In this document: piece by piece, positions 39,760 through 50,551 of the stretch | Layout: the number at the start of each line of letters is the position of its first letter | Position numbering within the stretch: position 1 is the stretch's first letter | Source: Escherichia coli | GTDB taxonomy: Bacteria > Pseudomonadota > Gammaproteobacteria > Enterobacterales > Enterobacteriaceae | Reading direction: 5' to 3' (one strand) | Length of the DNA stretch: 64,000 bases | NCBI RefSeq assembly: GCF_029227855.1 | Contig: NZ_CP074358.1 | The notes under the pieces: model-generated | The model's database searches: none | What the model was told of the DNA's origin: nothing | What the model saw: only the letters and a program-made list of their open reading frames with translations | Made by a program: the position numbers and the translations under genes

Positions 39760-40748
39760 AGCGAAGCCTGTGGCTGCTGATGTTATTCCTTCTCGCCGGT
39801 CATGTCCCTGCAGCGTCTGCGGATTCTGCCTGTGAGGGGCGTTTTGTAAACCCGATCACGGATATCTGCTGGAGCTGTATTTTCCCGCTCTCGCTGGGCA
39901 GTATCAAAGTCAGTCAGGGTAAGGTCCCCGACACGGCGAACCCGTCGATGCCCATTCAGATTTGTCCGGCACCGCCGCCGCTGTTCAGGCGTATCGGGCT
40001 GGCCATTGGTTACTGGGAGCCGATGGCGCTGACGGACGTCACCCGATCACCGGGATGCATGGTTAACCTGGGCTTCAGCCTGCCGGCTTTTGGTAAAACG
40101 GCACAGGGAACGGCGAAAAAGGATGAGAAGCAGGTGAACGGGGCGTTCTATCACGTTCACTGGTACAAATACCCGCTGACGTACTGGCTTAACATCATCA
40201 CATCGCTGGGCTGTCTGGAAGGTGGTGACCTGGATATCGCTTATCTTTCTGAAATCGACCCCACCTGGACGGACAGCAGCCTGACCACCATTCTCAATCC
40301 GGAAGCTGTCATCTTTGCCAATCCGATAGCACAGGGGGCCTGTGCAGCAGATGCCATTGCCAGCGCCTTTAATATGCCTCTCGATGTTCTGTTCTGGTGT
40401 GCCGGTTCGCAGGGCAGTATGTACCCGTTCAATGGCTGGGTGAGTAATGAGTCCAGTCCGTTGCAGTCTTCCCTGCTGGTCAGTGAACGCATGGCGTTCA
40501 AGCTGCACCGTCAGGGCATGATTATGGAAACCATCGGGAAAAATAACGCCGTCTGTAATGAATATCCGTCCCCAATCCTGCCCAAAGAACGCTGGCGTTA
40601 CCAGATGGTGAATATGTACCCGGACAGCGGACAGTGCCACCCGTTCGGGCGCAGTGTGACCCGCTGGGAAACCGGGAAAAATCCGCCCAATACAAAGAAA
40701 AACTTCGGCTACCTGATGTGGCGTAAACGTAACTGTGTCTTCCTGTGA
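39756..40748 (+). CDS. traU: TraU
   Basis: 330 aa with signal peptide; F order. Confidence 0.9.
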   Translation: MKRSLWLLMLFLLAGHVPAASADSACEGRFVNPITDICWSCIFPLSLGSIKVSQGKVPDTANPSMPIQICPAPPPLFRRIGLAIGYWEPMALTDVTRSPGCMVNLGFSLPAFGKTAQGTAKKDEKQVNGAFYHVHWYKYPLTYWLNIITSLGCLEGGDLDIAYLSEIDPTWTDSSLTTILNPEAVIFANPIAQGACAADAIASAFNMPLDVLFWCAGSQGSMYPFNGWVSNESSPLQSSLLVSERMAFKLHRQGMIMETIGKNNAVCNEYPSPILPKERWRYQMVNMYPDSGQCHPFGRSVTRWETGKNPPNTKKNFGYLMWRKRNCVFL

Positions 40749-40753
40749 GGTGA

Positions 40754-41395
40754 ATGATGAAGCTGAGTATGAAATCTCTGGCAGCACTGCTGATGATGCT
40801 GAACGGGGCGGTTATGGCGTCAGAAAACGTGAACACTCCTGAAAACCGCCAGTTCCTGAAGCAGCAGGAAAATTTAAGCAGACAACTGCGTGAAAAACCT
40901 GACCATCAGCTGAAAGCCTGGGCGGAGAAGCAGGTGCTGGAAAACCCCCTTCAGCGTTCAGATAACCATTTCCTGGATGAGCTGGTTCGTAAACAGCAGG
41001 CTTCGCAGGACGGGAAACCCCGGCAGGGTGCTCTGTATTTTGTGTCGTTTTCCATTCCCGAAGAGGGGCTGAAACGAATGCTGGGCGAAACCCGGCACTA
41101 CGGTATACCCGCCACACTGCGGGGCATGGTGAACAATGACCTGAAGACCACCGCTGAAGCCGTGCTGTCCCTGGTGAAAGACGGCGCGACTGATGGTGTT
41201 CAGATCGACCCGACGCTGTTTTCACAGTACGGCATTCGCAGTGTACCGGCACTGGTGGTGTTCTGCAGTCAGGGATACGACATCATCCGGGGAAACCTGC
41301 GGGTCGGCCAGGCGCTGGAGAAAGTGGCCGCCACGGGTGACTGCCGGCAGGTGGCTCATGATTTACTGGCAGGGAAAGGAGATTCCGGGAAATGA
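40754..41395 (+). CDS. trbC: TrbC
   Basis: Signal peptide, about 212 aa; F order. Confidence 0.85.
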   Translation: MMKLSMKSLAALLMMLNGAVMASENVNTPENRQFLKQQENLSRQLREKPDHQLKAWAEKQVLENPLQRSDNHFLDELVRKQQASQDGKPRQGALYFVSFSIPEEGLKRMLGETRHYGIPATLRGMVNNDLKTTAEAVLSLVKDGATDGVQIDPTLFSQYGIRSVPALVVFCSQGYDIIRGNLRVGQALEKVAATGDCRQVAHDLLAGKGDSGK

Positions 41396-43200
41396 AACGT
41401 ATTTTACCTCTGATACTGGCTCTGGTTGCCGGCATGGCACAGGCTGACAGCAACAGTGATTACCGGGCCGGCTCTGATTTTGCTCACCAGATCAAAGGAC
41501 AGGGAAGCAGCAGTATTCAGGGCTTTAAGCCACAGGAGAGTATCCCCGGCTATAACGCGAATCCGGACGAGACAAAATATTACGGTGGCGTGACTGCCGG
41601 CGGGGATGGCGGCCTGAAAAATGACGGCACCACGGAATGGGCGACCGGTGAAACCGGAAAAACCATCACAGAGTCATTCATGAACAAGCCGAAAGACATT
41701 CTTTCACCGGATGCACCGTTTATCCAGACCGGCAGGGATGTGGTGAACCGGGCTGACAGCATTGTGGGAAACACCGGGCAGCAGTGCAGTGCGCAGGAGA
41801 TTAGCCGGAGTGAATACACGAATTACACCTGTGAGCGGGATTTACAGGTGGAGCAGTACTGCACACGAACTGCCCGTATGGAGCTGCAGGGGAGTACCAC
41901 ATGGGAAACCCGGACGCTGGAGTATGAAATGAGTCAGCTACCTGCACGTGAAGTGAATGGTCAGTATGTTGTCTCCATTACCTCTCCCGTTACCGGTGAA
42001 ATTGTCGATGCGCATTACAGCTGGAGTCGTACTTACCTACAAAAGAGTGTACCTATGACAATTACAGTACTGGGAACACCACTGAGCTGGAATGCCAAAT
42101 ACTCAGCAGATGCCTCATTTACACCAGTACAGAAAACACTGACTGCCGGTGTGGCTTTTACGTCATCTCACCCCGTCCGGGTCGGGAATACAAAATTCAG
42201 ACGTCATACGGCAATGAAGCTGCGTCTGGTTGTCAGGGTAAAAAAAGCCTCGTACACCCCGTATGTTGTCTGGTCTGAAAGCTGCCCGTTCAGCAAGGAG
42301 CTGGGGAAACTGACAAAAACAGAATGTACGGAGGCTGGCGGGAACAGGACGCTGGTGAAAGACGGTCAGTCATACAGTATGTACCAGAGCTGCTGGGCAT
42401 ACCGGGACACGTATGTCACACAGTCAGCAGACAAGGGAACCTGTCAGACCTACACCGACAATCCAGCCTGTACCCTGGTGTCACACCAGTGCGCCTTTTA
42501 CTCCGAAGAAGGTGCCTGTCTGCATGAATATGCCACGTACTCCTGTGAGTCAAAAACATCCGGGAAAGTGATGGTCTGCGGGGGAGACGTCTTCTGTCTC
42601 GATGGCGAATGCGATAAGGCTCAGAGCGGGAAGAGTAATGATTTTGCCGAAGCAGTTTCTCAGCTGGCAGCACTGGCCGCTGCAGGTAAGGATGTTGCGG
42701 CGCTGAACGGGGTGGATGTCCGTGCTTTCACCGGTCAGGCGAAATTTTGTAAGAAGGCTGCAGCCGGATACAGCAACTGCTGTAAGGACAGCGGCTGGGG
42801 ACAGGATATCGGGCTGGCCAAATGCAGCAGTGATGAAAAAGCCCTGGCTAAAGCAAAATCAAACAAACTGACCGTCAGTGTCGGAGAGTTCTGTTCGAAG
42901 AAAGTGCTGGGTGTCTGTCTGGAGAAAAAACGCAGCTACTGTCAGTTTGATTCGAAGCTGGCGCAGATAGTCCAGCAGCAGGGGCGCAACGGTCAGCTGA
43001 GTATCAGTTTTGGCAGTGCGAAGCATCCTGACTGTCGGGGGATTACGGTTGATGAGCTGCAGAAAATTCAGTTCGACAGACTGGATTTCACTAACTTCTA
43101 CGAAGACCTGATGAATAACCAGAAAATCCCGGACAGTGGTGTTCTGACGCAGAAAGTGAAAGAGCAGATTGCTGACCAGCTGAAACAGGCAGGACAGTAA
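41392..43200 (+). CDS. traN: TraN mating-pair stabilisation outer-membrane protein
   Basis: 602 aa, signal peptide, Cys-rich C-terminal half. Confidence 0.95.
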   Translation: MKRILPLILALVAGMAQADSNSDYRAGSDFAHQIKGQGSSSIQGFKPQESIPGYNANPDETKYYGGVTAGGDGGLKNDGTTEWATGETGKTITESFMNKPKDILSPDAPFIQTGRDVVNRADSIVGNTGQQCSAQEISRSEYTNYTCERDLQVEQYCTRTARMELQGSTTWETRTLEYEMSQLPAREVNGQYVVSITSPVTGEIVDAHYSWSRTYLQKSVPMTITVLGTPLSWNAKYSADASFTPVQKTLTAGVAFTSSHPVRVGNTKFRRHTAMKLRLVVRVKKASYTPYVVWSESCPFSKELGKLTKTECTEAGGNRTLVKDGQSYSMYQSCWAYRDTYVTQSADKGTCQTYTDNPACTLVSHQCAFYSEEGACLHEYATYSCESKTSGKVMVCGGDVFCLDGECDKAQSGKSNDFAEAVSQLAALAAAGKDVAALNGVDVRAFTGQAKFCKKAAAGYSNCCKDSGWGQDIGLAKCSSDEKALAKAKSNKLTVSVGEFCSKKVLGVCLEKKRSYCQFDSKLAQIVQQQGRNGQLSISFGSAKHPDCRGITVDELQKIQFDRLDFTNFYEDLMNNQKIPDSGVLTQKVKEQIADQLKQAGQ

Positions 43201-43223
43201 GGTAGGGAAAATAACCGGGGAAA

Positions 43224-43484
43224 ATGATGAAAGTCATATTCACGTCGAACCGTTTTATTGATTTTCTTATCCGGCTTTTGATTACAGCGATTGTCATTTC
43301 CCCAGTAATTATCTGGTCGTGGGATACGGTAAAAGAAACCACTGCAGGTGAGATACTTGCTGCTGCTTTCGTTATTTTTTACTCCGGTGTGCTCCTGTTT
43401 ATTCTGTATTTTTGTTTTTCTGCCCTGACTGACCTGCAGAAACCTGATGAAAGAAAAAGTGATGAAAGGAATGAAGATGAATAA
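43224..43484 (+). CDS. trbE: TrbE
   Basis: 86 aa membrane protein; F order. Confidence 0.75.
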   Translation: MMKVIFTSNRFIDFLIRLLITAIVISPVIIWSWDTVKETTAGEILAAAFVIFYSGVLLFILYFCFSALTDLQKPDERKSDERNEDE

Positions 43485-44220
43485 AGCATTACTGCCGCTG
43501 TTACTCTGCTGCTTTATTTTTCCGGCGTCAGGAAAAGATGCAGGCTGGCAGTGGTATAACGAGAAAATAAATCCGAAGGAAAAAGAAAATAAACCAGTAC
43601 CTGCAGCCCCCCGTCAGGAGCCGGACATTATGCAGAAACTGGCCGCACTGCAGACGGCAACAAAGCGGGCGCTGTACGAAGCTATTCTGTATCCCGGCGT
43701 GGATAATTTTGTGAAATATTTCCGGCTGCAGAATTACTGGACTCAGCAGGCCGGGTTTTTCACCATGAGCGCCAAAAAAGCCATGCTGGCGCATCCCGAA
43801 CTGGACTATAACCTGCAGTACAGCCATTACAACGGCACGGTCCGGAACCAGCTGGCGGCAGACCAGGTGCAGCAGCGACAGGCCATTGCGAAACTGGCTG
43901 AACACTACGGCATCATGTTCTTTTACCGGGGGCAGGACCCCATCGACGGGCAGCTGGCGCAGGTCATTAATGGCTTCAGGGATACCTATGGTCTGAGTGT
44001 TATTCCCGTTTCCGTGGATGGCGTGATTAATCCGCTGTTGCCGGATTCCCGGACTGACCAGGGGCAGGCGCAGCGCCTCGGCGTGAAATATTTCCCGGCC
44101 ATGATGCTGGTTGACCCGAAACAGGGCAGTGTTCGTCCGTTATCATACGGTTTTATTTCGCAGGACGACCTGGCAAAACAATTCCTGAACGTTTCTGAAG
44201 ATTTTAAACCCAATTTTTAA
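43477..44220 (+). CDS. traF: TraF (thioredoxin-fold pilus assembly protein), 247 aa
   Basis: Start moved to MNKALLPLLLCCFIFPASG signal peptide. Confidence 0.9.
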   Translation: MNKALLPLLLCCFIFPASGKDAGWQWYNEKINPKEKENKPVPAAPRQEPDIMQKLAALQTATKRALYEAILYPGVDNFVKYFRLQNYWTQQAGFFTMSAKKAMLAHPELDYNLQYSHYNGTVRNQLAADQVQQRQAIAKLAEHYGIMFFYRGQDPIDGQLAQVINGFRDTYGLSVIPVSVDGVINPLLPDSRTDQGQAQRLGVKYFPAMMLVDPKQGSVRPLSYGFISQDDLAKQFLNVSEDFKPNF

Positions 44221-44235
44221 TCGCGGATTTGATTT

Positions 44236-44583
44236 ATGAGTGAAGATTATTTGAAAATGTTTACAGGTGTTGTTCTGTTAATATTTGTCATTATTGCCGG
44301 TTATTTCTTTTCTGAGCGTAATGACAGGAAAATGTTTCTCCTGAGCTCACTGGTTTTCCTTGTTATTAATATCGCGTGTTTATATGTGCTGACTGCCAGT
44401 CTCTGGTTTCTGTGTGGTGCAATTATGAATCAGGGCGCAGCAATGGTTGTTCCAATGGTTATTGGCTCATTACCGAACGTTACGAGCTTCGACGGGTTCA
44501 GAAGAATATTTATCTGTATTATGTTGTCATCAGTATGGTCCGGAGTGATGTGGTTTTTTATAAGGGGGCTTATGACAGGCTAA
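44236..44583 (+). CDS. trbA: TrbA
   Basis: 115 aa polytopic membrane protein; F order. Confidence 0.75.
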   Translation: MSEDYLKMFTGVVLLIFVIIAGYFFSERNDRKMFLLSSLVFLVINIACLYVLTASLWFLCGAIMNQGAAMVVPMVIGSLPNVTSFDGFRRIFICIMLSSVWSGVMWFFIRGLMTG

Positions 44584-44701
44584 GTCATATAAAACGGTAA
44601 TAAAAACCATACAAAATAATGAGGTTGATCTGATTAATATCACACAAACGCGAATATTACAGACATAAATACTCTCATGTAAATAATAACCGGAGTTTAA
44701 C

Positions 44702-44986
44702 ATGATAAGTAAACGTAGATTCTCTTTACCCCGGCTTGATATTACGGGAATGTGGGTATTTTCCCTGGGTGTCTGGTTTCATATCGTCGCCCGTCTTGTT
44801 TACAGCAAACCCTGGATGGCTTTTTTTCTGGCGGAGTTGATTGCGGCCATCCTTGTGCTGTTCGGCGCATACCAGGTGCTGGATGCATGGATTGCCCGTG
44901 TCAGCCGGGAAGAGCGTGAGGCACTGGAAGCCAGGCAACAGGCCATGATGGAAGGGCAGCAGGAGGGCAGACATGTCTCTCATTAA
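44702..44986 (+). CDS. traQ: TraQ pilin chaperone
   Basis: 94 aa, TM segment; F order. Confidence 0.85.
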   Translation: MISKRRFSLPRLDITGMWVFSLGVWFHIVARLVYSKPWMAFFLAELIAAILVLFGAYQVLDAWIARVSREEREALEARQQAMMEGQQEGRHVSH

Positions 44987-45518
44987 ATCACTGTTGTTCA
45001 CCCTGTTGCTGGCAGCCGCTGCCGTGCAGGCCTCCACCCGGGATGAAATTGAACGACTCTGGAATCCGCAGGGCATGGCCGCGCAGCCTGCACAACCGGC
45101 AGCAGGCACGTCAGCCAGGACAGAAAAGCCAGCCCCCCGCTGGTTCCGCCTCAGCAACGGCAGGCAGGTTAACCTGGCCGACTGGAAGGTGGTGCTGTTT
45201 ATGCAGGGGCATTGCCCTTACTGTCACCAGTTTGACCCGGTACTGAAACAGCTGGCACAGCAGTACGGCTTTTTCGTTTTTCCCTACACCCTGGATGGTC
45301 AGGGGGATACCGCCTTTCCGGAGGCATTGCCGGTGCCACCGGACGTGATGCAGACCTTCTTCCCGAATATCCCAGTGGCCACACCGACCACCTTCCTGGT
45401 CAACGTCAACACGCTTGAGGCATTACCGCTTTTACAGGGGGCAACGGATGCTGCCGGTTTTATGGCGCGGATGGATACCGTTCTGCAGATGTACGGAGGG
45501 AAAAAAGGTGCGAAATAA
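44973..45518 (+). CDS. trbB: TrbB thioredoxin-like disulfide isomerase
   Basis: CPYC active-site motif; signal peptide. Confidence 0.9.
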   Translation: MSLIKSLLFTLLLAAAAVQASTRDEIERLWNPQGMAAQPAQPAAGTSARTEKPAPRWFRLSNGRQVNLADWKVVLFMQGHCPYCHQFDPVLKQLAQQYGFFVFPYTLDGQGDTAFPEALPVPPDVMQTFFPNIPVATPTTFLVNVNTLEALPLLQGATDAAGFMARMDTVLQMYGGKKGAK

Positions 45519-45810
45519 GCAGGTGGTGTTACTCATTGCCGGAATATCCGGCATCGCGACGGGAATAATCGTCAGCCTGAATATCCCCTTTATCCATCAG
45601 GGGCTTTTTTATCCCGCCAGCCCTGTAGAAATTGTCGTTTCGCTGTGCCTTACCTTTTCTGTTTCTGTTGTGTTTTTTGTGGGGGCAATTGTGGGATGGA
45701 TTTCGGTGTCTGAAATATATTACAGCCGCAGGACTGGACGGAAATATCGGGATATTCCTGCTGAAATGTCGTATGCGCCGGGAGAACAAATTAAGGGAGG
45801 GCAAGAATGA
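45508..45810 (+). CDS. trbJ: TrbJ (about 100 aa, GTG start overlapping trbB end)
   Basis: Small membrane protein between trbB and traH; start uncertain. Confidence 0.55.
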   Translation: MRNKQVVLLIAGISGIATGIIVSLNIPFIHQGLFYPASPVEIVVSLCLTFSVSVVFFVGAIVGWISVSEIYYSRRTGRKYRDIPAEMSYAPGEQIKGGQE

Positions 45811-47183
45811 TGCCACGCATTAAACCTCTTCTGGTTCTTTGTGCTGCTTTACTGACGGTCACACCCGCAGCGTCAGCGGATGTGAACAGCGACATGAATC
45901 AGTTCTTTAACAAGCTGGGCTTCGCCTCCAATACCACACAGCCGGGCGTCTGGCAGGGGCAGGCCGCCGGTTATGCTTACGGTGGCTCCCTGTATGCCCG
46001 TACTCAGGTCAAAAATGTTCAGCTGATTTCCATGACGCTGCCGGATATCAATGCCGGATGTGGCGGCATCGACGCCTATCTCGGCTCGTTCAGTTTTATT
46101 AATGGCGAGCAGCTGCAGCGTTTTGTTAAGCAGATTATGAGCAATGCTGCCGGTTACTTTTTTGACCTTGCCCTGCAGACAACGGTGCCGGAAATCAAAA
46201 CCGCAAAAGACTTCCTGCAGAAAATGGCAAGCGACATTAACAGTATGAACCTCAGTTCCTGCCAGGCTGCACAGGGGATTATCGGCGGGCTTTTTCCCCG
46301 GACGCAGGTGTCCCAGCAGAAAGTCTGTCAGGACATTGCCGGTGAGAGCAATATTTTTGCTGACTGGGCGGCTTCCCGGCAGGGATGTACCGTTGGCGGG
46401 AAATCTGACAGTGTCAGGGATAAAGCCAGCGACAAGGATAAGGAGCGGGTGACCAAAAACATCAACATCATGTGGAATGCGCTTTCCAAAAACAGAATGT
46501 TTGACGGCAACAAAGAGCTGAAAGAATTTGTGATGACGCTGACCGGCTCACTGGTGTTTGGTCCCAACGGCGAAATCACACCGCTGTCAGCCAGAACCAC
46601 TGACCGCTCAATTATCCGGGCCATGATGGAAGGCGGCACAGCAAAAATTTATCACTGCAACGATTCTGATAAATGCCTGAAAGTGGTGGCAGAGACACCG
46701 GTGACCATCAGCCGGGATAATGCACTGAAGTCTCAGATTACTAAACTTCTGGCCAGCATTCAGAACAAGGCGGTCAGTGACACGCCTCTGGATGACAAGG
46801 AAAAAGGCTTTATTTCCAGTACCACCATCCCCGTCTTCAAATACCTGGTTGACCCGCAGATGCTCGGTGTTTCCAACAGTATGATTTACCAGCTGACGGA
46901 CTATATCGGTTACGACATCCTGCTGCAGTACATTCAGGAGCTGATACAGCAGGCCCGGGCGATGGTGGCCACAGGAAATTATGACGAAGCAGTTATCGAA
47001 CATATTAACGACAACATGAATGATGCCACCCGGCAGATTGCGGCGTTTCAGTCACAGGTGCAGGTACAGCAGGATGCGCTGCTGGTTGTCGATCGTCAGA
47101 TGAGCTACATGCGTCAGCAGCTTTCCGCCCGCATGCTCAGTCGTTACCAGAACAACTATCACTTCGGAGGGAGCACGCTGTGA
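45807..47183 (+). CDS. traH: TraH
   Basis: 458 aa, signal peptide; F order. Confidence 0.95.
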   Translation: MMPRIKPLLVLCAALLTVTPAASADVNSDMNQFFNKLGFASNTTQPGVWQGQAAGYAYGGSLYARTQVKNVQLISMTLPDINAGCGGIDAYLGSFSFINGEQLQRFVKQIMSNAAGYFFDLALQTTVPEIKTAKDFLQKMASDINSMNLSSCQAAQGIIGGLFPRTQVSQQKVCQDIAGESNIFADWAASRQGCTVGGKSDSVRDKASDKDKERVTKNINIMWNALSKNRMFDGNKELKEFVMTLTGSLVFGPNGEITPLSARTTDRSIIRAMMEGGTAKIYHCNDSDKCLKVVAETPVTISRDNALKSQITKLLASIQNKAVSDTPLDDKEKGFISSTTIPVFKYLVDPQMLGVSNSMIYQLTDYIGYDILLQYIQELIQQARAMVATGNYDEAVIEHINDNMNDATRQIAAFQSQVQVQQDALLVVDRQMSYMRQQLSARMLSRYQNNYHFGGSTL

Positions 47184-50002
47184 ATGAAGTTTATGTGATT
47201 GCCGGTGGTGAGTGGTTGCGGAATAACCTGAACGCCATTGCCGCCTTTATGGGAACCAGGACGTGGGATTCCATTGAAAAAATTGCGCTCACATTGTCTG
47301 TTCTCGCGGTGGCCGTGATGTGGGTACAGCGGCACAACGTGATGGATTTGCTGGGCTGGGTGGCCGTGTTTGTGCTTATCAGCCTGCTGGTTAATGTCCG
47401 CACATCGGTGCAGATTATTGATAACAGTGACCTGGTCAAAGTTCACCGGGTGGATAATGTACCGGTCGGACTGGCGATGCCACTTTCACTGACGACCCGT
47501 ATCGGGCATGCAATGGTGGCCAGTTACGAGATGATCTTCACGCAACCGGACAGTGTCACCTACAGCAAAACGGGGATGCTGTTTGGCGCAGAACTGGTAT
47601 CAAAAAGCACCGACTTTTTGTCCCGCAATCCGGAAATCGCCAATCTTTTCCAGGATTATGTGCAGAACTGCGTGATGGGGGATATTTACCTGAACCACAA
47701 ATACACGCTGGAGGAGCTGATGGCCTCCGCTGATCCCTACACGCTGATTTTTTCCCGCCCCAGTCCGCTACGGGGCGTTTATGACAGCAATAATAATTTC
47801 GTGACCTGTAAGGACGCGTCGGTTTCGCTGAAAGACAAGCTGAATCTGGATACACAGAGTGGCGGAAAAACCTGGCATTATTATGCCCAGCAGCTATTTG
47901 GTGGACGCCCTGATCCGAACCTGTTGTTCAGTACGCTGATTGGCGACAGTTACAGTTACTTCTATGGCTCAAGTAAATCAGCCAGCCAGATCATCCGCCA
48001 GAATGTCACCATCAATGCGCTGAAGGAGGGGATCACCAGTTATGCCGCGCGTAATGGTGATTCAGCCAGCCTGGTGAATCTGGCCACCACGTCATCGATG
48101 GAGAAGCAACGTCTGGCACATGTCTCCATCGGTCATGTGGCGATGCGGACACTGCCCATGACGCAGACCATCCTGACGGGGATCGCCATCGGTATTTTCC
48201 CGCTTCTGGTACTGGCGGTTGTCTTCAACAAACTGACGCTATCCGTCCTGAAAGGCTATGTGTTTGCCCTGATGTGGTTGCAGTCATGGCCAATGTTGTA
48301 CGCCATTCTGAACAGCGCCATGACATTTTATGCGAAGCAGAATGGTGCACCGGTGGTGCTCTCGGAAATTTCACAGATACAGCTGAAATACTCCGATCTG
48401 GCTTCCACTGCCGGGTATCTTTCCATGATGATCCCGCCATTATCCTGGATGATGGTCAGGGGACTCGGGGCCGGATTTTCCAGTGTGTACAGCCATTTCG
48501 CTTCCTCTGCTATCAGCCCGACTGCCAGTGCGGCAGGTAGTGTGGTTGACGGTAATTACTCCTACGGCAACATGCAGACGGAAAACGTGAACGGCTTCAG
48601 CTGGAGCACCAACAGCACCACGTCGTTTGGTCAGATGATGTACCAGACCGGCAGTGGCGCAACCGCCACACAGACCCGTGACGGTAATATGGTGATGGAT
48701 GCGAGCGGGGCGATGTCCCGTTTACCGGTCGGTATCAATGCAACGCGTCAGATTGCGGCGGCACAACAGGAAATGGCCCGGGAGGCGTCGAACAGAGCAG
48801 AAAGCGCCCTGCATGGGTTCAGCAGCAGTATTGCCAGTGCCTGGAACTCGCTCAGTCAGTTTGGTTCTAACCGGGGGAGCAGTGATTCTGTCACCGGTGG
48901 TGCTGACAGCACGATGAGCGCACAGGACTCCATGATGGCCAGCCGTATGCGCAGCGCAGTGGAAAGCTATGCGAAGGCGCATAATATCAGTAATGAGCAG
49001 GCGACAAGAGAACTGGCATCAAGAAGTACGAGAGGTTCTGCGGGGATGTATGGCGATGCTCATGCTGAATGGGGGGTTAAACCTAAAATTCTTGGTGTTG
49101 GTGGTGGCGTAGGTGTTAGAGGTGGTGGTCGGGCAAGTATTGACTGGAGTGATGAGGATGCGCATCAGGCCAGCAGTGGTTCACGGGCCAGCCATGATGC
49201 TCGCCATGATATCGATGCCAGGGCTACACAAGACTTTAAAGAGGCCAGCGATTACTTTACCAGTCGCAAGGTCAGTGAATCCGGCAGCCATACGGACAAT
49301 AATGCCGATTCCCGTGTGGACCAGCTGTCTGCAGCCCTGAACTCAGCAAAACAGAGTTACGACCAGTACACGACGAATATGACCCGCAGCCATGAATATG
49401 CTGAAATGGCATCCCGTACTGAAAGCATGAGTGGGCAGATGAGTGAAGACCTGTCGCAACAGTTTGCACAGTATGTGATGAAACACGCGCCGCAGGATGC
49501 CGAAGCTATTCTGACAAACACCAGTTCACCGGAGATTGCAGAACGCCGTCGGGCTATGGCGTGGTCTTTCGTTCAGGAACAGGTGCAGCCTGGTGTTGAT
49601 AATGCCTGGCGTGAATCCCGTGGGGACATCGGTAAAGGAATGGAGAGCGTACCTTCGGGGGGGGGCAGCCAGGATATTATTGCTGATTATCAGGGGCATC
49701 AGGCCATTATTGAGCAAAGAACGCAGGACAGTAATATCCGTAATGATGTAAAACATCAGGTTGATAATATGGTCACAGAATACCGAGGCAATATCGGAGA
49801 TACTCAGAGCAGCATACGTGGCGAAGAAAATATTGTAGGAAGACAGTATTCTGAACTACAAAATCACCATAAAACAGAGGCATTATCTCAGAATAATAAA
49901 TATAATGAAGAAAAATCGGGTCAGGAAAGAATGCCCGGGGCTGACAGTCCACAGGAACTGATGAAAAGAGCAAAGGAGTATCAGGATAAGCACAAGCAAT
50001 AA
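47180..50002 (+). CDS. traG: TraG (F-type, VirB6-like N-terminal domain plus mating-pair stabilisation/entry-exclusion C-terminal domain)
   Basis: 940 aa; polytopic N-terminal half, hydrophilic C-terminal half. Confidence 0.95.
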   Translation: MNEVYVIAGGEWLRNNLNAIAAFMGTRTWDSIEKIALTLSVLAVAVMWVQRHNVMDLLGWVAVFVLISLLVNVRTSVQIIDNSDLVKVHRVDNVPVGLAMPLSLTTRIGHAMVASYEMIFTQPDSVTYSKTGMLFGAELVSKSTDFLSRNPEIANLFQDYVQNCVMGDIYLNHKYTLEELMASADPYTLIFSRPSPLRGVYDSNNNFVTCKDASVSLKDKLNLDTQSGGKTWHYYAQQLFGGRPDPNLLFSTLIGDSYSYFYGSSKSASQIIRQNVTINALKEGITSYAARNGDSASLVNLATTSSMEKQRLAHVSIGHVAMRTLPMTQTILTGIAIGIFPLLVLAVVFNKLTLSVLKGYVFALMWLQSWPMLYAILNSAMTFYAKQNGAPVVLSEISQIQLKYSDLASTAGYLSMMIPPLSWMMVRGLGAGFSSVYSHFASSAISPTASAAGSVVDGNYSYGNMQTENVNGFSWSTNSTTSFGQMMYQTGSGATATQTRDGNMVMDASGAMSRLPVGINATRQIAAAQQEMAREASNRAESALHGFSSSIASAWNSLSQFGSNRGSSDSVTGGADSTMSAQDSMMASRMRSAVESYAKAHNISNEQATRELASRSTRGSAGMYGDAHAEWGVKPKILGVGGGVGVRGGGRASIDWSDEDAHQASSGSRASHDARHDIDARATQDFKEASDYFTSRKVSESGSHTDNNADSRVDQLSAALNSAKQSYDQYTTNMTRSHEYAEMASRTESMSGQMSEDLSQQFAQYVMKHAPQDAEAILTNTSSPEIAERRRAMAWSFVQEQVQPGVDNAWRESRGDIGKGMESVPSGGGSQDIIADYQGHQAIIEQRTQDSNIRNDVKHQVDNMVTEYRGNIGDTQSSIRGEENIVGRQYSELQNHHKTEALSQNNKYNEEKSGQERMPGADSPQELMKRAKEYQDKHKQ

Positions 50003-50022
50003 TATTGTATGGGGAGATGATA

Positions 50023-50520
50023 ATGAAAAATTTAGCTCATATTGCTCTGGTGACGGTGATACAGCTCATTGCCTGTTATCTGGCTGATTGGGGGAGTGCC
50101 GAAACAGTTTTTATCCTGTGCTTTATTGTACTATGGCAGGGATTGTTTATATGGTTATTTTCTCAAATACGAAAAAAACGGCATGTGTCGGATGAGTTTA
50201 AATTCAGTAAAGGCGTTTGGTATATACTGATGCCAGTATCTTCCTTACTCTCTCCGTTATTAAGCCTGATGGTTTTTATCATTGGTACACTATACGAATT
50301 AAGGCGAATTAGTGGTTGTGTAAGTGTAAGAGAATGGATGCAATCTCAGGTAAATGAACAAACTAATGAAGATTTGCATCTGGATTTTGATGATGTGAAT
50401 TTTGATTATGTGGATTTTTATCGTACTAATCCGGCAACAGGATTAGCTATGCATGGAGGATTTGATTCAGCAGGAAATACTTTTGGGACTTGTTGGCAGG
50501 ACTATGATGACAGGCGATAA
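50023..50520 (+). CDS. traS: TraS entry-exclusion inner-membrane protein
   Basis: AT-rich hydrophobic ORF between traG and traT; ATG 50023 with ggggag RBS. Confidence 0.7.
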   Translation: MKNLAHIALVTVIQLIACYLADWGSAETVFILCFIVLWQGLFIWLFSQIRKKRHVSDEFKFSKGVWYILMPVSSLLSPLLSLMVFIIGTLYELRRISGCVSVREWMQSQVNEQTNEDLHLDFDDVNFDYVDFYRTNPATGLAMHGGFDSAGNTFGTCWQDYDDRR

Positions 50521-50551
50521 GAAAACTGTGGTTTGTAATAAAGGTAATTTG

